Of a stretch of DNA of 64,000 bases, positions 19,217 to 29,466 are shown piece after piece; the stretch's first letter is position 1, and each line of letters begins with the position of its first letter. The stretch is from Candidatus Nitrospinota bacterium M3_3B_026 (GTDB lineage: Bacteria; Nitrospinota_A; UBA7883; JBPRGF01). The stretch covers positions 32,001 through 96,000 of the forward strand of contig JBPRGF010000023.1 of the NCBI GenBank assembly GCA_051418015.1. Direction: 5' to 3'. The position numbers and the translations under genes were made by a program. Below the pieces are notes generated by a model, which saw nothing but the letters and a program-made list of their open reading frames with translations, did not search any database and was not told the DNA's origin.

Positions 19217-20814
19217 CTCAGGAGCAGCCGGTGGCTAAGATACTGGTAAGCGACAAACTCTCCGGGAAAGGAGTGGATATTCTCCGCGCCGCCGAAGATA
19301 TCGACGTGGAAGTGAAAACGGGCTTGTCTCCTGAAGAGCTATTAAAGGTCATACCCTCCTACGACGGCCTTATCATAAGATCGTCCACGAAGGCGTCCGC
19401 GGAGGTCATCCGCGCCGCGGAGAATCTGAGGATCATAGGCAGGGCCGGCATCGGCGTGGACAACGTGGACGTGGAGGAAGCCTCCGCCAGGGGCATAGTG
19501 GTGATGAACACCCCCGGCGGCAACACCGTCACCACCGCCGAGCACACGATATCCATGATGATGTCTCTGGCGAGGAAGATCCCGCAGGCCAGCGCCTCGG
19601 TGAAGGCGGGCAAGTGGGAAAAGAAAAAATTCGTCGGGATGGAGCTTGCCGGGAAGACCCTGGGGGTCGTGGGCATAGGCCGCATCGGCTCCCTCGTGGT
19701 GAAGCGCGCCCACGGACTGGAGATGAAAATAGTCGCCTACGACCCGTTCATAACAGCCGAGGCGGCGGAGAAAATGGGCGTGGAGCTTATGTCCCTGGAT
19801 GACGTCCTGGGGCGGGCGGACGTCATAACCATCCATACCCCCCTCACCGCCGAGACGCGGGGCCTGATCGGCCGGGAGGCTTTCGGTAAAATGAAAAAGG
19901 GCGCGCTGATCGTAAACTGCGCCCGGGGCGGGATATTGGACGAGGCGGCGCTGGCCGAGGCCGTCCGGGAAGGCGTGGTCGCTGGGGCGGCTCTGGATGT
20001 CTTCGAAAAAGAGCCGCCGGAGAAAAACCCCCTGCTGGAGCTGGACGAGGTCATACTCACGCCGCATCTCGGCGCCTCCACCAGCGAGGCGCAGGAGAAG
20101 GTCGCCGTGGCCGTCGCGGAGCAGATGGTGGACTTTTTCACCCACGGGGTGATCCAGAACGCCGTCAACGTCCCGTCCATAGATCCCGAAAAGCTCTCCA
20201 CCGTGAAGCCGTACCTGACCCTGGGCGAGCGCATGGGCTCCTTCCTCTCCCAGATCGCCGAAGGCGCGGCGCGAAGGGTGGAGATCATATACATGGGCGA
20301 CCTGTCGGAGACGGACACCCGCCCCATATCGCAGTCCATACTGAAAGGAATACTGGACGTCTTCGTGGACGAGAGGGTCAACTTCGTCAACGCGCCGTAC
20401 CTTGCGAAGGCGCGGGGGATAGAGGTCTCCTCCGGCGCAAGCTCCGTGAAAAGAAACTTCGCCTCCCTGCTAGGCGCCAGGCTGGTGACGGACAAGGGTG
20501 AGGCTTACGTGGAAGGGACCATATTCGCCGGCGGCGAACCCAGGCTTGTCAAGCTGGAGGATTTTCTGCTGGAGGCCCAGCTGGAGGGGGTCATGCTCGT
20601 ATTCACGAACAACGACAGGCCCGGCGTCATAGGCGACATCGGGACGTACCTCGGCGAGAAGGGGATCAACATAGCCTCCTTCGAACTGGCCAGGACAGGC
20701 CTGGGCGGGCGCGCCATGTCGATCGTGACCGTGGACACGGCCCCCACGCCGGAGCAGATGGCCGAAATGGCCGGGATAGAGAACGTGCTGAAGGTGAGGA
20801 TGGCGCGGCTATGA
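19213..20814 (+). CDS. serA: D-3-phosphoglycerate dehydrogenase
   Basis: GRAGIGVDNVD, GIGRIG, NCARGG, TPHLGAST, C-terminal ACT domain (DRPGVIG). Confidence 0.96.
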   Translation: MTQEQPVAKILVSDKLSGKGVDILRAAEDIDVEVKTGLSPEELLKVIPSYDGLIIRSSTKASAEVIRAAENLRIIGRAGIGVDNVDVEEASARGIVVMNTPGGNTVTTAEHTISMMMSLARKIPQASASVKAGKWEKKKFVGMELAGKTLGVVGIGRIGSLVVKRAHGLEMKIVAYDPFITAEAAEKMGVELMSLDDVLGRADVITIHTPLTAETRGLIGREAFGKMKKGALIVNCARGGILDEAALAEAVREGVVAGAALDVFEKEPPEKNPLLELDEVILTPHLGASTSEAQEKVAVAVAEQMVDFFTHGVIQNAVNVPSIDPEKLSTVKPYLTLGERMGSFLSQIAEGAARRVEIIYMGDLSETDTRPISQSILKGILDVFVDERVNFVNAPYLAKARGIEVSSGASSVKRNFASLLGARLVTDKGEAYVEGTIFAGGEPRLVKLEDFLLEAQLEGVMLVFTNNDRPGVIGDIGTYLGEKGINIASFELARTGLGGRAMSIVTVDTAPTPEQMAEMAGIENVLKVRMARL

Positions 20815-20860
20815 CGGCCGTAGAGAGCTTCCCGCCTGGCCCCACGATGGCCCCACTACA

Positions 20861-22135
20861 TTGAAAAAATCCGCCATGACAGACGTCCCCAGGGGCGTGA
20901 AAGCCCTCCTTTACCAGGAAGCCGCGATCCTCGAACGCATCGAGGGGGAAGTACTGCGGCTTTTTGAGAGCTGGGGGTTCCAGAAGGTCAACACGCCGGC
21001 CATAGAGTTTTTCAGCGAGCTTTCCAAGGGCCTGGACGGGGACGCGCTGAAGGAGGTCATAACATTCACCGACCCCGCCGGCGGGGGCAGGCCCCTTGCG
21101 CTGCGTTCCGACGTCACGCCGCAGATAGCAAGGATCGCCGCCACGTCGCTCGCCAGGCGGCCGAGGCCCATCCGGCTCTGCTACGCGCAGACGGTCTACC
21201 GCTCCGTCCGTCCCGGCGCCGGGGAAAGGATGGAGCTTTACCAGGCCGGGGTGGAGCTTATCGGCTCCGCCTCGGTGGAGGCGGACGCGGAGATGGTGGC
21301 CATCGGCTCCGAGGCCCTGCGCCGCCTCGGATTGAAGGATGTCAGGATCGCCATAAGCCACGTCGGATACATAAAGGAGTTGATCGACGCCGCCGCTCTG
21401 GACACCGAAGACAGAGCCGCCGCGCGGCAGGCCCTCGTCCGCAAGGACGCCGCCAGGCTCTCCGCCGTCCTGGACAGGGCCGGCGCGGAAGGGCCCGCCC
21501 GGGAGGCGCTTGAGAAACTGCCATCGCTGTTCGGAGGTTTCGAGGTTCTCGACGCCGCCCCCTCCGTCAACAAAAGGACGGAGGAGAGCCTTTCGAACCT
21601 GCGCGGCGTCCTCTCCGTTCTGGAAAAGTACAACCTGTCGGGCGTAAGCACCCTCGACCTTGGCGAGACGCGGGGTTTTGGATACTATACCGGCGTGACC
21701 TTCGAAGGGTTCGTGAAGGGCGTGGGCAGGAGGGTCTTAAGCGGCGGCAGGTACGACAACCTCCTTGCGGCCTACGGCCAGCCCGGCCCCGCCACGGGCT
21801 TCGCCCTGGACGTGGACAGGATACTGGACCACTTCCACAGGGCCGGGGAGCCGGCGGACTGGTCGGCGGCGGACGCCCTTGTCATAGGGGCGAACGGCGG
21901 GTTCCTGGAGGCGGCGGGGCTGGCCCAGCGGCTGCGCGAAAAGGGGCTGAGAGCGGCCAGGGACATAATAATACGCCCCCTGGAGGAGTCCCTCGACTAC
22001 GCCCGCAAGATGAGAATAAGCTCCGTGGTCATAACGGGCCTGCCGGACGCGCCGGAGGGCTCCGTGAAGCTCGTCAGGGTCGAAACGGGAGAAGAGCTGT
22101 GGCTGAAAACCGAAGAGCTGATGGGCTCGATATGA
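20861..22135 (+). CDS. hisZ: ATP phosphoribosyltransferase regulatory subunit
   Basis: HisRS-like fold: LRSDVTPQIAR, QAGVELIG, YYTGVTF, GGRYDNL; located between serA and purA; alternative start at 20876. Confidence 0.88.
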   Translation: MKKSAMTDVPRGVKALLYQEAAILERIEGEVLRLFESWGFQKVNTPAIEFFSELSKGLDGDALKEVITFTDPAGGGRPLALRSDVTPQIARIAATSLARRPRPIRLCYAQTVYRSVRPGAGERMELYQAGVELIGSASVEADAEMVAIGSEALRRLGLKDVRIAISHVGYIKELIDAAALDTEDRAAARQALVRKDAARLSAVLDRAGAEGPAREALEKLPSLFGGFEVLDAAPSVNKRTEESLSNLRGVLSVLEKYNLSGVSTLDLGETRGFGYYTGVTFEGFVKGVGRRVLSGGRYDNLLAAYGQPGPATGFALDVDRILDHFHRAGEPADWSAADALVIGANGGFLEAAGLAQRLREKGLRAARDIIIRPLEESLDYARKMRISSVVITGLPDAPEGSVKLVRVETGEELWLKTEELMGSI

Positions 22136-22172
22136 TCCACGCTACGACAAAAAAGAACAAGGGAAAAACAAA

Positions 22173-23453
22173 ATGCCTCTATCGGTAATAGTCGGCGCCC
22201 AGTGGGGAGACGAGGGCAAGGGCAAGATCGTCGACATGCTCACCGAGCGGGTGGACATAGTCGCCCGCTACCAGGGCGGAGCCAACGCCGGGCACACGGT
22301 GGTCGTGGACGGGGAGGAGTACATCCTGCACCTTGTGCCCTCGGGGATACTCCACGAGGGGAAGACCTGCGTCATCGGCGCGGGCGTGGTGGTGGACCCG
22401 GAGGCGCTGCTCTCCGAGATAGACCAGCTGGAAAAGCGGGGATTCTCCGTGAAGGGGTCGCTTTTTATCTCCGGACGGGCGGGCCTCATCATGCCATACC
22501 ACAAGCGGCTGGACGCCGCCGCGGAGAATATCTCCGGCGCGGGGAAAATAGGAACCACCGGCCGCGGCATCGGCCCGGCCTACGCCGACAAGGCGGCCAG
22601 GATCGGCCTGAGAGTGGGTGACCTTCTGCGGCCGGTCTATTTCCGCCAGCGGCTCCAGGCGGCGGTAAAGAGCAAGAATGCGCTGTTCAAGTCCATGTAC
22701 GGCGAGGAGGCCGTGGACGTCGACGAAATGTACGACCAGTACATGGTCTACGCCGAGAAGCTGCAGGACCTGGTCGCGGATACCGGCCAGATGCTCCGCC
22801 GCGCCCTGGCGGAGGGCAAAAAGGCTCTGGCCGAAGGAGCGCAAGGGACGATGCTGGACATCGACCAGGGAACGTATCCATACGTGACCAGCTCCTCGGC
22901 CTGCGTGGGGGGCGTCTTCACCGGCCTTTCCATCCCCCCGCGCGACATCAGCGAGGTGGTCGGCGTGATGAAGGCGTACACAACCCGCGTCGGCGAGGGG
23001 CCCTTCCCGACTGAGCTTGAGAACGAGGAGGGGGAGGCCCTCAGGAAAAGCGGGGGCGAGTTCGGCGCCACGACGGGCAGGCCGCGCCGCTGCGGATGGC
23101 TGGACGCCGTCGTGGGAAGGTACTCCGTGGCGCTCAACGGCGCAAGCTCCATAGCCCTGACCAAGCTGGACGTGCTGGACGGCTTCGACGAGATAAGGAT
23201 ATGCGTCGGGTACGAGATAAACGGCGGCAGGCTGGACCACATGCCGGAGGACATCGTCTCGCTCACGATGCTGAAACCGGTCTACGAGACGTTGCCGGGC
23301 TGGAAAAGCTCCACGGCGGGGCTATCCTCCTACGACAGCCTGCCGGAAAACGCCAAGCGCTACATCGCCAGGGTGGAGGAGCTTGTGGGGGCGACGGTGA
23401 GCATAATCTCCACCGGCCAGAGCCGCGACGCCACCATCGTCCGAGACCTCTAG
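22173..23453 (+). CDS. purA: adenylosuccinate synthetase
   Basis: GAQWGDEGKGK, GGANAGHT, GTYPYVTSS, GATTGRPRRCGWLD. Confidence 0.98.
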   Translation: MPLSVIVGAQWGDEGKGKIVDMLTERVDIVARYQGGANAGHTVVVDGEEYILHLVPSGILHEGKTCVIGAGVVVDPEALLSEIDQLEKRGFSVKGSLFISGRAGLIMPYHKRLDAAAENISGAGKIGTTGRGIGPAYADKAARIGLRVGDLLRPVYFRQRLQAAVKSKNALFKSMYGEEAVDVDEMYDQYMVYAEKLQDLVADTGQMLRRALAEGKKALAEGAQGTMLDIDQGTYPYVTSSSACVGGVFTGLSIPPRDISEVVGVMKAYTTRVGEGPFPTELENEEGEALRKSGGEFGATTGRPRRCGWLDAVVGRYSVALNGASSIALTKLDVLDGFDEIRICVGYEINGGRLDHMPEDIVSLTMLKPVYETLPGWKSSTAGLSSYDSLPENAKRYIARVEELVGATVSIISTGQSRDATIVRDL

Positions 23454-23528
23454 CCACCCCTGATCCCCGGTTAACAGGTGGAGAACAAGTGAAACGCCGC
23501 GTTAATAGAGATTTTCGTGCTTTTACGT

Positions 23529-23614
23529 CCTCCCCCTTGAAGGGGGGGATCGAGGTGGGGGTCTAATATCTATAATACCCCCTCCCCTTAATCCCCTCCC
23601 GCCAGGGGAGGGGA
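23529..23614. repeat. REP-like palindromic repeat, family A
   Basis: CCTCCCCCTTGAAGGGGG...CCCCCTCCCCTT..TCCCCTCCCGCCAGGGGAGGGG; near-identical copy at 36418-36505 and a partial copy at ~23763-23784. Confidence 0.8.
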
Positions 23615-23621
23615 TATCCTT

Positions 23622-23714
23622 GTCATGCTGAACCTTGTGCTGAACTTGTTTTAGTATCGTTTCAGCATCCCGGGTCATGAGATGAGCGAGACCCTGAAAC
23701 AGGTTCAGGGCGCC
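23622..23714. repeat. REP-like palindromic element, family B
   Basis: GTCATGCTGAA...TTCAGCAT hairpin followed by CCCTGAAACAGGTTCAGGG hairpin; single copy in this window. Confidence 0.6.
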
Positions 23715-23888
23715 AGCAAGGCCGTCGTGGGCGCCTTTGGGTTTCGGACCTCAACCTCAAAAACCCTCCCGCCGGGGGAGGAGGTTAAAGGATCTTAGCA
23801 GCGAATCGGCCTCTACCCCCCCCCACGCCGCCTGTCCGGGTCCTCCGTGGATGTTATAATTTTCAATTTGACGCTGGAGTCTTTGTTT

Positions 23889-25259
23889 ATGCCCGCGGAT
23901 TCGCATTGCCACCTGAACAACCCCGCCTTCGACGAAGACCGCGAGGCGGTGATTGAGAAAGCGGCCGGGGCGGGGTTCAAATACATCCTGAACGTGGGAT
24001 ACGACCCGGCCACGAGCCGCCTGGCCGTCGGCATCGCCGAGGGGCGAAAGATCATGTACGCCTCGGTGGGCATCCACCCTCATAACGCCGCCACGGCCGA
24101 CGACGAAACCATGGAGGAACTCGCCGAGATGGCGGCCCATCCAAAGGTCGTCGCCATAGGAGAGACGGGCCTCGACTACTACCGCGACATCTGCCCGAGG
24201 GACAGGCAGGAGGAGGCGTTCCGCGCCCATGCAAGGCTTGCGAAAAAGCTCGGCAAACCCCTGATCGTCCATTGCCGCGAGGCCATGGACGACGTTTTGA
24301 GGATACTCGAAGAGGAGGGGATAGAAGAGATCGGCGGAGTGATGCACTGTTTCTCCGGGACGGTGGAACAGATGATAAGCCTCGTCAGCCTCGGCCTTTA
24401 CATCTCATACGCCGGGAACATCACCTACCCCCGGGCCGAAAAACTCCGCGACGCCCTGGCCCACACTCCGGGCCACAGGCTGCTCGTGGAGACGGACTCG
24501 CCCTATCTCGCGCCGCAGGGGTTCCGTGGAAAACGCAACGACCCCACGCTTCTTGAACACGTCATCGCCCGGGCGGCCGAGGCGCGCGGCGTTACCCGCG
24601 AGGACGTCGAGCGGATCGCCGTGGCGAACTTCGAGAGCGCCTTCAAGGTCGGCGCTCCCGCCGGGGGGGAGATAGCCTACAAGATAAGGAACTCGCTCTA
24701 CGTCAACGTGACCGCCCGCTGCACCAACGAGTGCTCCTTCTGCGCCCGCTTCTTCTCCGACACCGTCCAGGGGCACAACCTGCGGATAAGCAAAGACCCC
24801 ACGGCCGCGGAGATGATAGAGGCCATCGGCGACCCGGCCCCCTACGACGAGGTCGTCTTCTGCGGGTACGGCGAGCCGACGCTGCGGCTGGACCGTGTCC
24901 TTGAGGCCGCCAGGGCGGTGAAAGCCGGGGGCGGAAAGACAAGGCTGAACACCAACGGACACGGATCGAGAATCGCGGGAAGGGACATAGCGCCGGAGCT
25001 GGAGGGGCTCATAGACCATGTCTCCGTGTCGCTTAACGCCCCGGACGCGAATACCTACGAAGAAATATGCAACCCCCTCCACCCGAACGCGTTCGAGGAT
25101 GTCCTGGAATTCATCCGCGCCGCAAGGAAGCATGTCCCAAAAGTCACGGCCACCGTGGTGGCGATACCGGGGAAGGTGGACGTGGAGGCGTGCCGCCGCC
25201 TTGCCGAGGAGGAACTGGGCGTGGGCTTTCGCGTCCGGGAATACAACCTTGTGGGGTGA
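23889..25259 (+). CDS. TatD family hydrolase fused to a TatD-associated radical SAM domain
   Basis: DSHCHL, GIHPH, IGETGLDY, HCR, HCFSG, ETDSPYL, then YVNVTARCTNECSFC (CxxxCxxC), FCGYGEP, RLNTNG, SVSLNA. Confidence 0.9.
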   Translation: MPADSHCHLNNPAFDEDREAVIEKAAGAGFKYILNVGYDPATSRLAVGIAEGRKIMYASVGIHPHNAATADDETMEELAEMAAHPKVVAIGETGLDYYRDICPRDRQEEAFRAHARLAKKLGKPLIVHCREAMDDVLRILEEEGIEEIGGVMHCFSGTVEQMISLVSLGLYISYAGNITYPRAEKLRDALAHTPGHRLLVETDSPYLAPQGFRGKRNDPTLLEHVIARAAEARGVTREDVERIAVANFESAFKVGAPAGGEIAYKIRNSLYVNVTARCTNECSFCARFFSDTVQGHNLRISKDPTAAEMIEAIGDPAPYDEVVFCGYGEPTLRLDRVLEAARAVKAGGGKTRLNTNGHGSRIAGRDIAPELEGLIDHVSVSLNAPDANTYEEICNPLHPNAFEDVLEFIRAARKHVPKVTATVVAIPGKVDVEACRRLAEEELGVGFRVREYNLVG

Positions 25260-25343
25260 AAATTTTTTTGCGGCGCCCCGCGCGATGGCGGCCGCGCCTC
25301 AAAAAGCTTAAGGACTGCGCCTCAGACGCCCGAAAATTGACAA

Positions 25344-26519
25344 CTACCGGCCCACGCCACGGATGCTGTAGCCCGCGCGTCTCATCGTCTCCTCAGTCCT
25401 TTCCGCCTCCGCTTTGGACTCGTATCTGCCCACCCTCACGATGTAGAGGTCGAGCGGGCCCTTCCTGTTCACCACGGCGGGGCTGAACCCCCTTCCTCTT
25501 ATCCTGTCCGCCAGCGAGCGGGCCTGGCCTTCCCTTTCATAAGCCCCCGCCACCAGCGTCACGCGCTCTCCGCCGGTGATGTAGGAAGTCCTTGTAGGAA
25601 AGCCAGCCTCGGCCAGCGCGGCGGAAAGACCAGAGGCCTCCCTGATCGAGCCGAACTCGCCAAGCTCCACGCGATAGAGGTTCTTCCTCGCTTTGCCGAT
25701 GGATATCCACGAGTCGAACCCCCGGCTCCGAAGATCGTCCCGAAGCCGCAGAGCGCCCACGGCGTCCATCGTGGCCGTGACCGTCACCGAGTAGGGTGTC
25801 TTTTTTCTCTGTCTTTGCTCGCCCCTTATCCTCTCTATCTCCTCCAGGACCTCCTTTTCAGGCGCTCCCGAGGGAGGCAGGGCGGCGACTTTCACATCCT
25901 CCTCCGCGGGCGGAGTCTGGGAAGGCGAAGGCGCCGAAGTTTGCGGCTCGCTCGTGATGGCGGATATCTCCTTAACATCCTCCGCGGCGGCGGGCTCCAT
26001 CGCAGAAGCCTCGGTTTCAGGCGCGGGCGTCTCTTCGGCTTTCTCCTCCACGGCCGCCGCTCCGGGCTCGTCCATGCTTTCCGGCTCCGCGACAGCTTCC
26101 TCGGCGGGCTCCGCGCTCTCGCCTTCCGCGGCCGACTCCAGCGGCTCGCCGTTCATCAGCGCGCCGGGCGCCTTGAAATCCTCGTCAATCCTGTTCTCCT
26201 CGGCGAGGGCGGCGATCTGCGCCTCCAGGGTCTCTTCGGCCGTCGGTTCCGCCTCTTCTTGCGCCGGCTCGGTGATCCGGGTCTCCATCGACGAACCTCC
26301 GCCCCACCGCCCAGCCAGGACCGACACGACTATCACGCCCAGGATCACACCGCCCACGGCGAAAATCGTCTTCTTCCTGCGCGCGCGGTCCTCGGCAGCC
26401 AGCTCCTCCTCGAAGTCCTGCAGTATCTCGGCGTCTATATCCGAGTATTCTTCGTCGCTGTGTCCCTCGTCTCTCATGGGCTCTTTCGACATCTCCTGTT
26501 TTTTCGCCGTTTGTATCAC
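25344..26519 (-). CDS. SPOR-domain membrane-anchored protein (FtsN/DedD-like)
   Basis: Acidic N-terminus, one transmembrane helix, A/E/P-rich linker, C-terminal repeats YRVELGEF, LVAGAY, YIVRVGRY. Confidence 0.75.
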   Translation of the reverse strand: MIQTAKKQEMSKEPMRDEGHSDEEYSDIDAEILQDFEEELAAEDRARRKKTIFAVGGVILGVIVVSVLAGRWGGGSSMETRITEPAQEEAEPTAEETLEAQIAALAEENRIDEDFKAPGALMNGEPLESAAEGESAEPAEEAVAEPESMDEPGAAAVEEKAEETPAPETEASAMEPAAAEDVKEISAITSEPQTSAPSPSQTPPAEEDVKVAALPPSGAPEKEVLEEIERIRGEQRQRKKTPYSVTVTATMDAVGALRLRDDLRSRGFDSWISIGKARKNLYRVELGEFGSIREASGLSAALAEAGFPTRTSYITGGERVTLVAGAYEREGQARSLADRIRGRGFSPAVVNRKGPLDLYIVRVGRYESKAEAERTEETMRRAGYSIRGVGR

Positions 26520-26571
26520 AAACCATATAGACGGACAATAGCTCCGCCTTCAACCTGATATCATACCCTTT

Positions 26572-27537
26572 ATGGGCGAAGGCATCTATGTAATAGGCGT
26601 CGATCTCGGCGGGACCAACGTTCGGGCGGCGGCGGTCTCCCCGGAGGGCGCCATACTCTCCCGGGCGAAGCTTGGCTCTCGCGCCTCGGAAGGGTACGGC
26701 AAGGTCCTGGACCGCGTCGCCGAAACGGCCCGCAAGGTGATGGACGAAATGGGCATGAAACCCGCCGCCGTTGGAGTGGGATCGGCCGGGGCCATCGACT
26801 TCGACAGGGGGGTCGTCACAAGGTCTCCCAACTTTCCCGACTGGCGGGACACCCCCCTGCTCCGCGACCTAGAGGATAGGCTAGGCGCGCCGGTCCGCCT
26901 TGAAAACGACGCCAACGCCGCCGCCATCGGCGAGGGGTGGAAAGGCGCCGCCGTGGACTGGGATGATTTTCTGGCCTTCACGCTGGGCACGGGCGTAGGC
27001 GGCGGCCTGGTCCTGGGGAACAAAATCTGGCATGGGACTGAAGGAATGGCCGGTGAGGTGGGGCATATCCCCATCCGGCCCGGCGGGCGTCTTTGCGGAT
27101 GCGGGGCGAGGGGATGCCTCGAGGCTTACGCCTCCGCAAGCGGCGTGGCCCATAGCGCCAGGGAAAGATTCAACGAACCCGGCGCGGCGCGGCTCCGGGA
27201 GATGACGGAGGGCCGGGCGGAGATGGTGGACGCCGCCCTGGTGGCAAAAGGGGCGATGGAAGGGGACGAGCTGATGCTCGGCCTGCTCGCCGAGGCGGGG
27301 GAGTATCTGGGGCGCGCCATGGCGGCAGTGGCGCTGATACTCGACGTCTCCCGGTTCGTTATAGGCGGGGGGATGTCGGAAGCGCTGCCTCTCATGGAGT
27401 CCGCGATGAGGAGGGCCGCCCTGGCCTCCGCCTATACGCTCGATGACGAAAAACTCATGATACGAAAAGCCGCCCTGGGAGACGACGCCGGCATCCTGGG
27501 CGCGGCGAAGGTGGCGATGGAATCATGTTCTGGATAA
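26572..27537 (+). CDS. ROK family sugar kinase (glucokinase-like)
   Basis: GVDLGGT, ENDANAAA, LGTGVGGG, GEVGH, CGCGARGCLE. Confidence 0.92.
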   Translation: MGEGIYVIGVDLGGTNVRAAAVSPEGAILSRAKLGSRASEGYGKVLDRVAETARKVMDEMGMKPAAVGVGSAGAIDFDRGVVTRSPNFPDWRDTPLLRDLEDRLGAPVRLENDANAAAIGEGWKGAAVDWDDFLAFTLGTGVGGGLVLGNKIWHGTEGMAGEVGHIPIRPGGRLCGCGARGCLEAYASASGVAHSARERFNEPGAARLREMTEGRAEMVDAALVAKGAMEGDELMLGLLAEAGEYLGRAMAAVALILDVSRFVIGGGMSEALPLMESAMRRAALASAYTLDDEKLMIRKAALGDDAGILGAAKVAMESCSG

Positions 27538-28730
27538 TTCTCCGCGTCGCCCTGCGTGAGCTTCGGGGAGCGCTGACCCGCTCGCTTCTGACGATGCTGG
27601 GCGTGGTGATAGGCGTCGCCGCCGTGGTGGCGATGGTGGCGCTGGGGGAAGGGGCGAAAAGGGAGGTGGCCCAGAACATAAGGAACCTGGGGACGAACCT
27701 TTTGATCGTGAGGCCGGGGCTTATGAAAACCGGCCACGTCCGCCGCGCCCCGGCGCAGACCCTGACCCTGGACGACGCGGAGCTTATCAGGAGAAAAGTC
27801 CCCGGCGTCATCTCCGTCGCGCCGAGCGCCACGCAGTCCGCCCAGGTGAAGCACCTCAACAAGAACACCAACACCAGCATAGTCGGCGTGACGCCGGACT
27901 ACCTTTCCGCCCGCAATTTCTCCGTGGCCGGCGGACGGTTTTTCACCTTCCGCGACGTGGCCGGGGCAAGGCGGGTCGCGGCGATCGGGAAAAAGGCGGC
28001 GGACGACCTTTTCGGCTACCGCGATCCCATCGGCAAGCGGATAAAGATAAACGGGGTGAGCTTTTTCGTCGCCGCCGTGATGGCCGAGAAGGGCCAGATG
28101 GGATGGTGGGACGCCGACGACCAGATACTGATCCCCATAACAACGTTCCAGAAACGCCTCTTCGGCAAGAACTACGTCAACGACATCTCCGTGGAGGTGG
28201 AGGACGAGGGGGAGATGGAATTCGTCAGCGACAGGATAACCACGATCCTGCGCCGGTCGCACAGGATACGTCCGGGCGGGGAGGCGGACTTTCACGTCCG
28301 CAGCCAGACGGAGATACTCGAATCGATGGAGGAGATGACGAGGACCTTCACGTACCTGCTGGGCGGCATCGCGGCGATATCGCTGGTGGTGGGCGGCATC
28401 GGCATCATGAACATAATGCTGGTCACCGTCACGGAGCGGACGCGGGAGATCGGCCTGCGCAAGGCCCTTGGCGCCAGAAGGAAGGACATACTGAAACAGT
28501 TCCTGGTGGAGTCCACCGTCCTGTCCAGCCTTGGAGGGTTTATCGGGATCGGCCTGGGCGTTCTGGCCGCCCGCGCCGTCAGGGGGTTCAGCGAGTGGGG
28601 GACATACGTCTCCCCCAACTCTGTTATCATCGCCTACACGGTGGCCCTTTGCGTGGGGGTCTTCTTCGGCCTGTATCCCGCGTGGAAGGCGGCGCGGCTG
28701 AACCCCGTGGACGCGCTGAGGCGGGAGTAG
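27525..28730 (+). CDS. MacB/FtsX-family ABC transporter permease
   Basis: RSLLTMLGVVIGV, VGGIGIMNIMLVTVTERTREIG, FGLYPAWKAARLNP. Confidence 0.93.
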   Translation: MFWIILRVALRELRGALTRSLLTMLGVVIGVAAVVAMVALGEGAKREVAQNIRNLGTNLLIVRPGLMKTGHVRRAPAQTLTLDDAELIRRKVPGVISVAPSATQSAQVKHLNKNTNTSIVGVTPDYLSARNFSVAGGRFFTFRDVAGARRVAAIGKKAADDLFGYRDPIGKRIKINGVSFFVAAVMAEKGQMGWWDADDQILIPITTFQKRLFGKNYVNDISVEVEDEGEMEFVSDRITTILRRSHRIRPGGEADFHVRSQTEILESMEEMTRTFTYLLGGIAAISLVVGGIGIMNIMLVTVTERTREIGLRKALGARRKDILKQFLVESTVLSSLGGFIGIGLGVLAARAVRGFSEWGTYVSPNSVIIAYTVALCVGVFFGLYPAWKAARLNPVDALRRE

Positions 28731-29435
28731 ATGCCTCCCACGCGCCGCCCCAGCGTCGGCCTGGTCATCCCGGCGTACAACGAGCAGCAGGCCCTGCCGG
28801 CGACCCTGGCGGGGATACCGCCCGGCGTGGTGGATTCCGTCGTCGTGGTGGACAACGCAAGCTCCGACGGGACGGCCGAGACCGCAAGACAAGGGGGCGC
28901 CGTGGTCGTTCACGAGCCGCGCCGGGGCTACGGAGCCGCGTGCCTGGCGGGGATCGGGTGGTATGAAAAGAACCCGGCCGATATCATCGTCTTCATGGAC
29001 GCCGACGGGGCGGACGCCCCTTCGATGATAAAGGGCCTTGTGACGCCGATAGCCGACGGGAAGGCGGACATGGTGATTGGATCGCGGGCGTTGGGGCAAA
29101 GGGAGCCGGGGGCGCTGGCGCCCCATGCGGCTTTCGGCAATCGTCTGGCGGTCTTCCTTATACGGCTCCTTTTCGGCCACGCTTACACGGACCTCGGACC
29201 CTTCAGGGCCGTCAGGAGCGGCTCGCTCGCCTCGCTCGGCATGGCGGACAGGGACTACGGATGGACGGTGGAGATGCAGGTAAAGGCGATAAAGCAGGGC
29301 CTGCGGATAATGGAGATCCCCGTCCCCTACAAGCGACGTATCGGAAAATCCAAGATATCCGGCACCTTCAAGGGAACCGTGATGGCGGGCTGGAAGATAA
29401 TCACCACCATATTCAGGCTGCGCCTTGCGCCGTGA
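28731..29435 (+). CDS. GT2 glycosyltransferase (polyprenol-phosphate glycosyltransferase-like)
   Basis: IPAYNE, VVDNASSDGT, GYGAAC, DAD, TDLGPFRA, GWTVEMQ. Confidence 0.9.
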   Translation: MPPTRRPSVGLVIPAYNEQQALPATLAGIPPGVVDSVVVVDNASSDGTAETARQGGAVVVHEPRRGYGAACLAGIGWYEKNPADIIVFMDADGADAPSMIKGLVTPIADGKADMVIGSRALGQREPGALAPHAAFGNRLAVFLIRLLFGHAYTDLGPFRAVRSGSLASLGMADRDYGWTVEMQVKAIKQGLRIMEIPVPYKRRIGKSKISGTFKGTVMAGWKIITTIFRLRLAP

Positions 29436-29466
29436 CGGCTGAAGACGGAGGCGCGAAGACCGCGGC

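Noticed and set aside
23529..23790. Possible CRISPR array in the repeat-rich intergenic regions
   Set aside because: There are no regularly spaced identical direct repeats with unique spacers and no cas genes; the repeats are dispersed palindromes.
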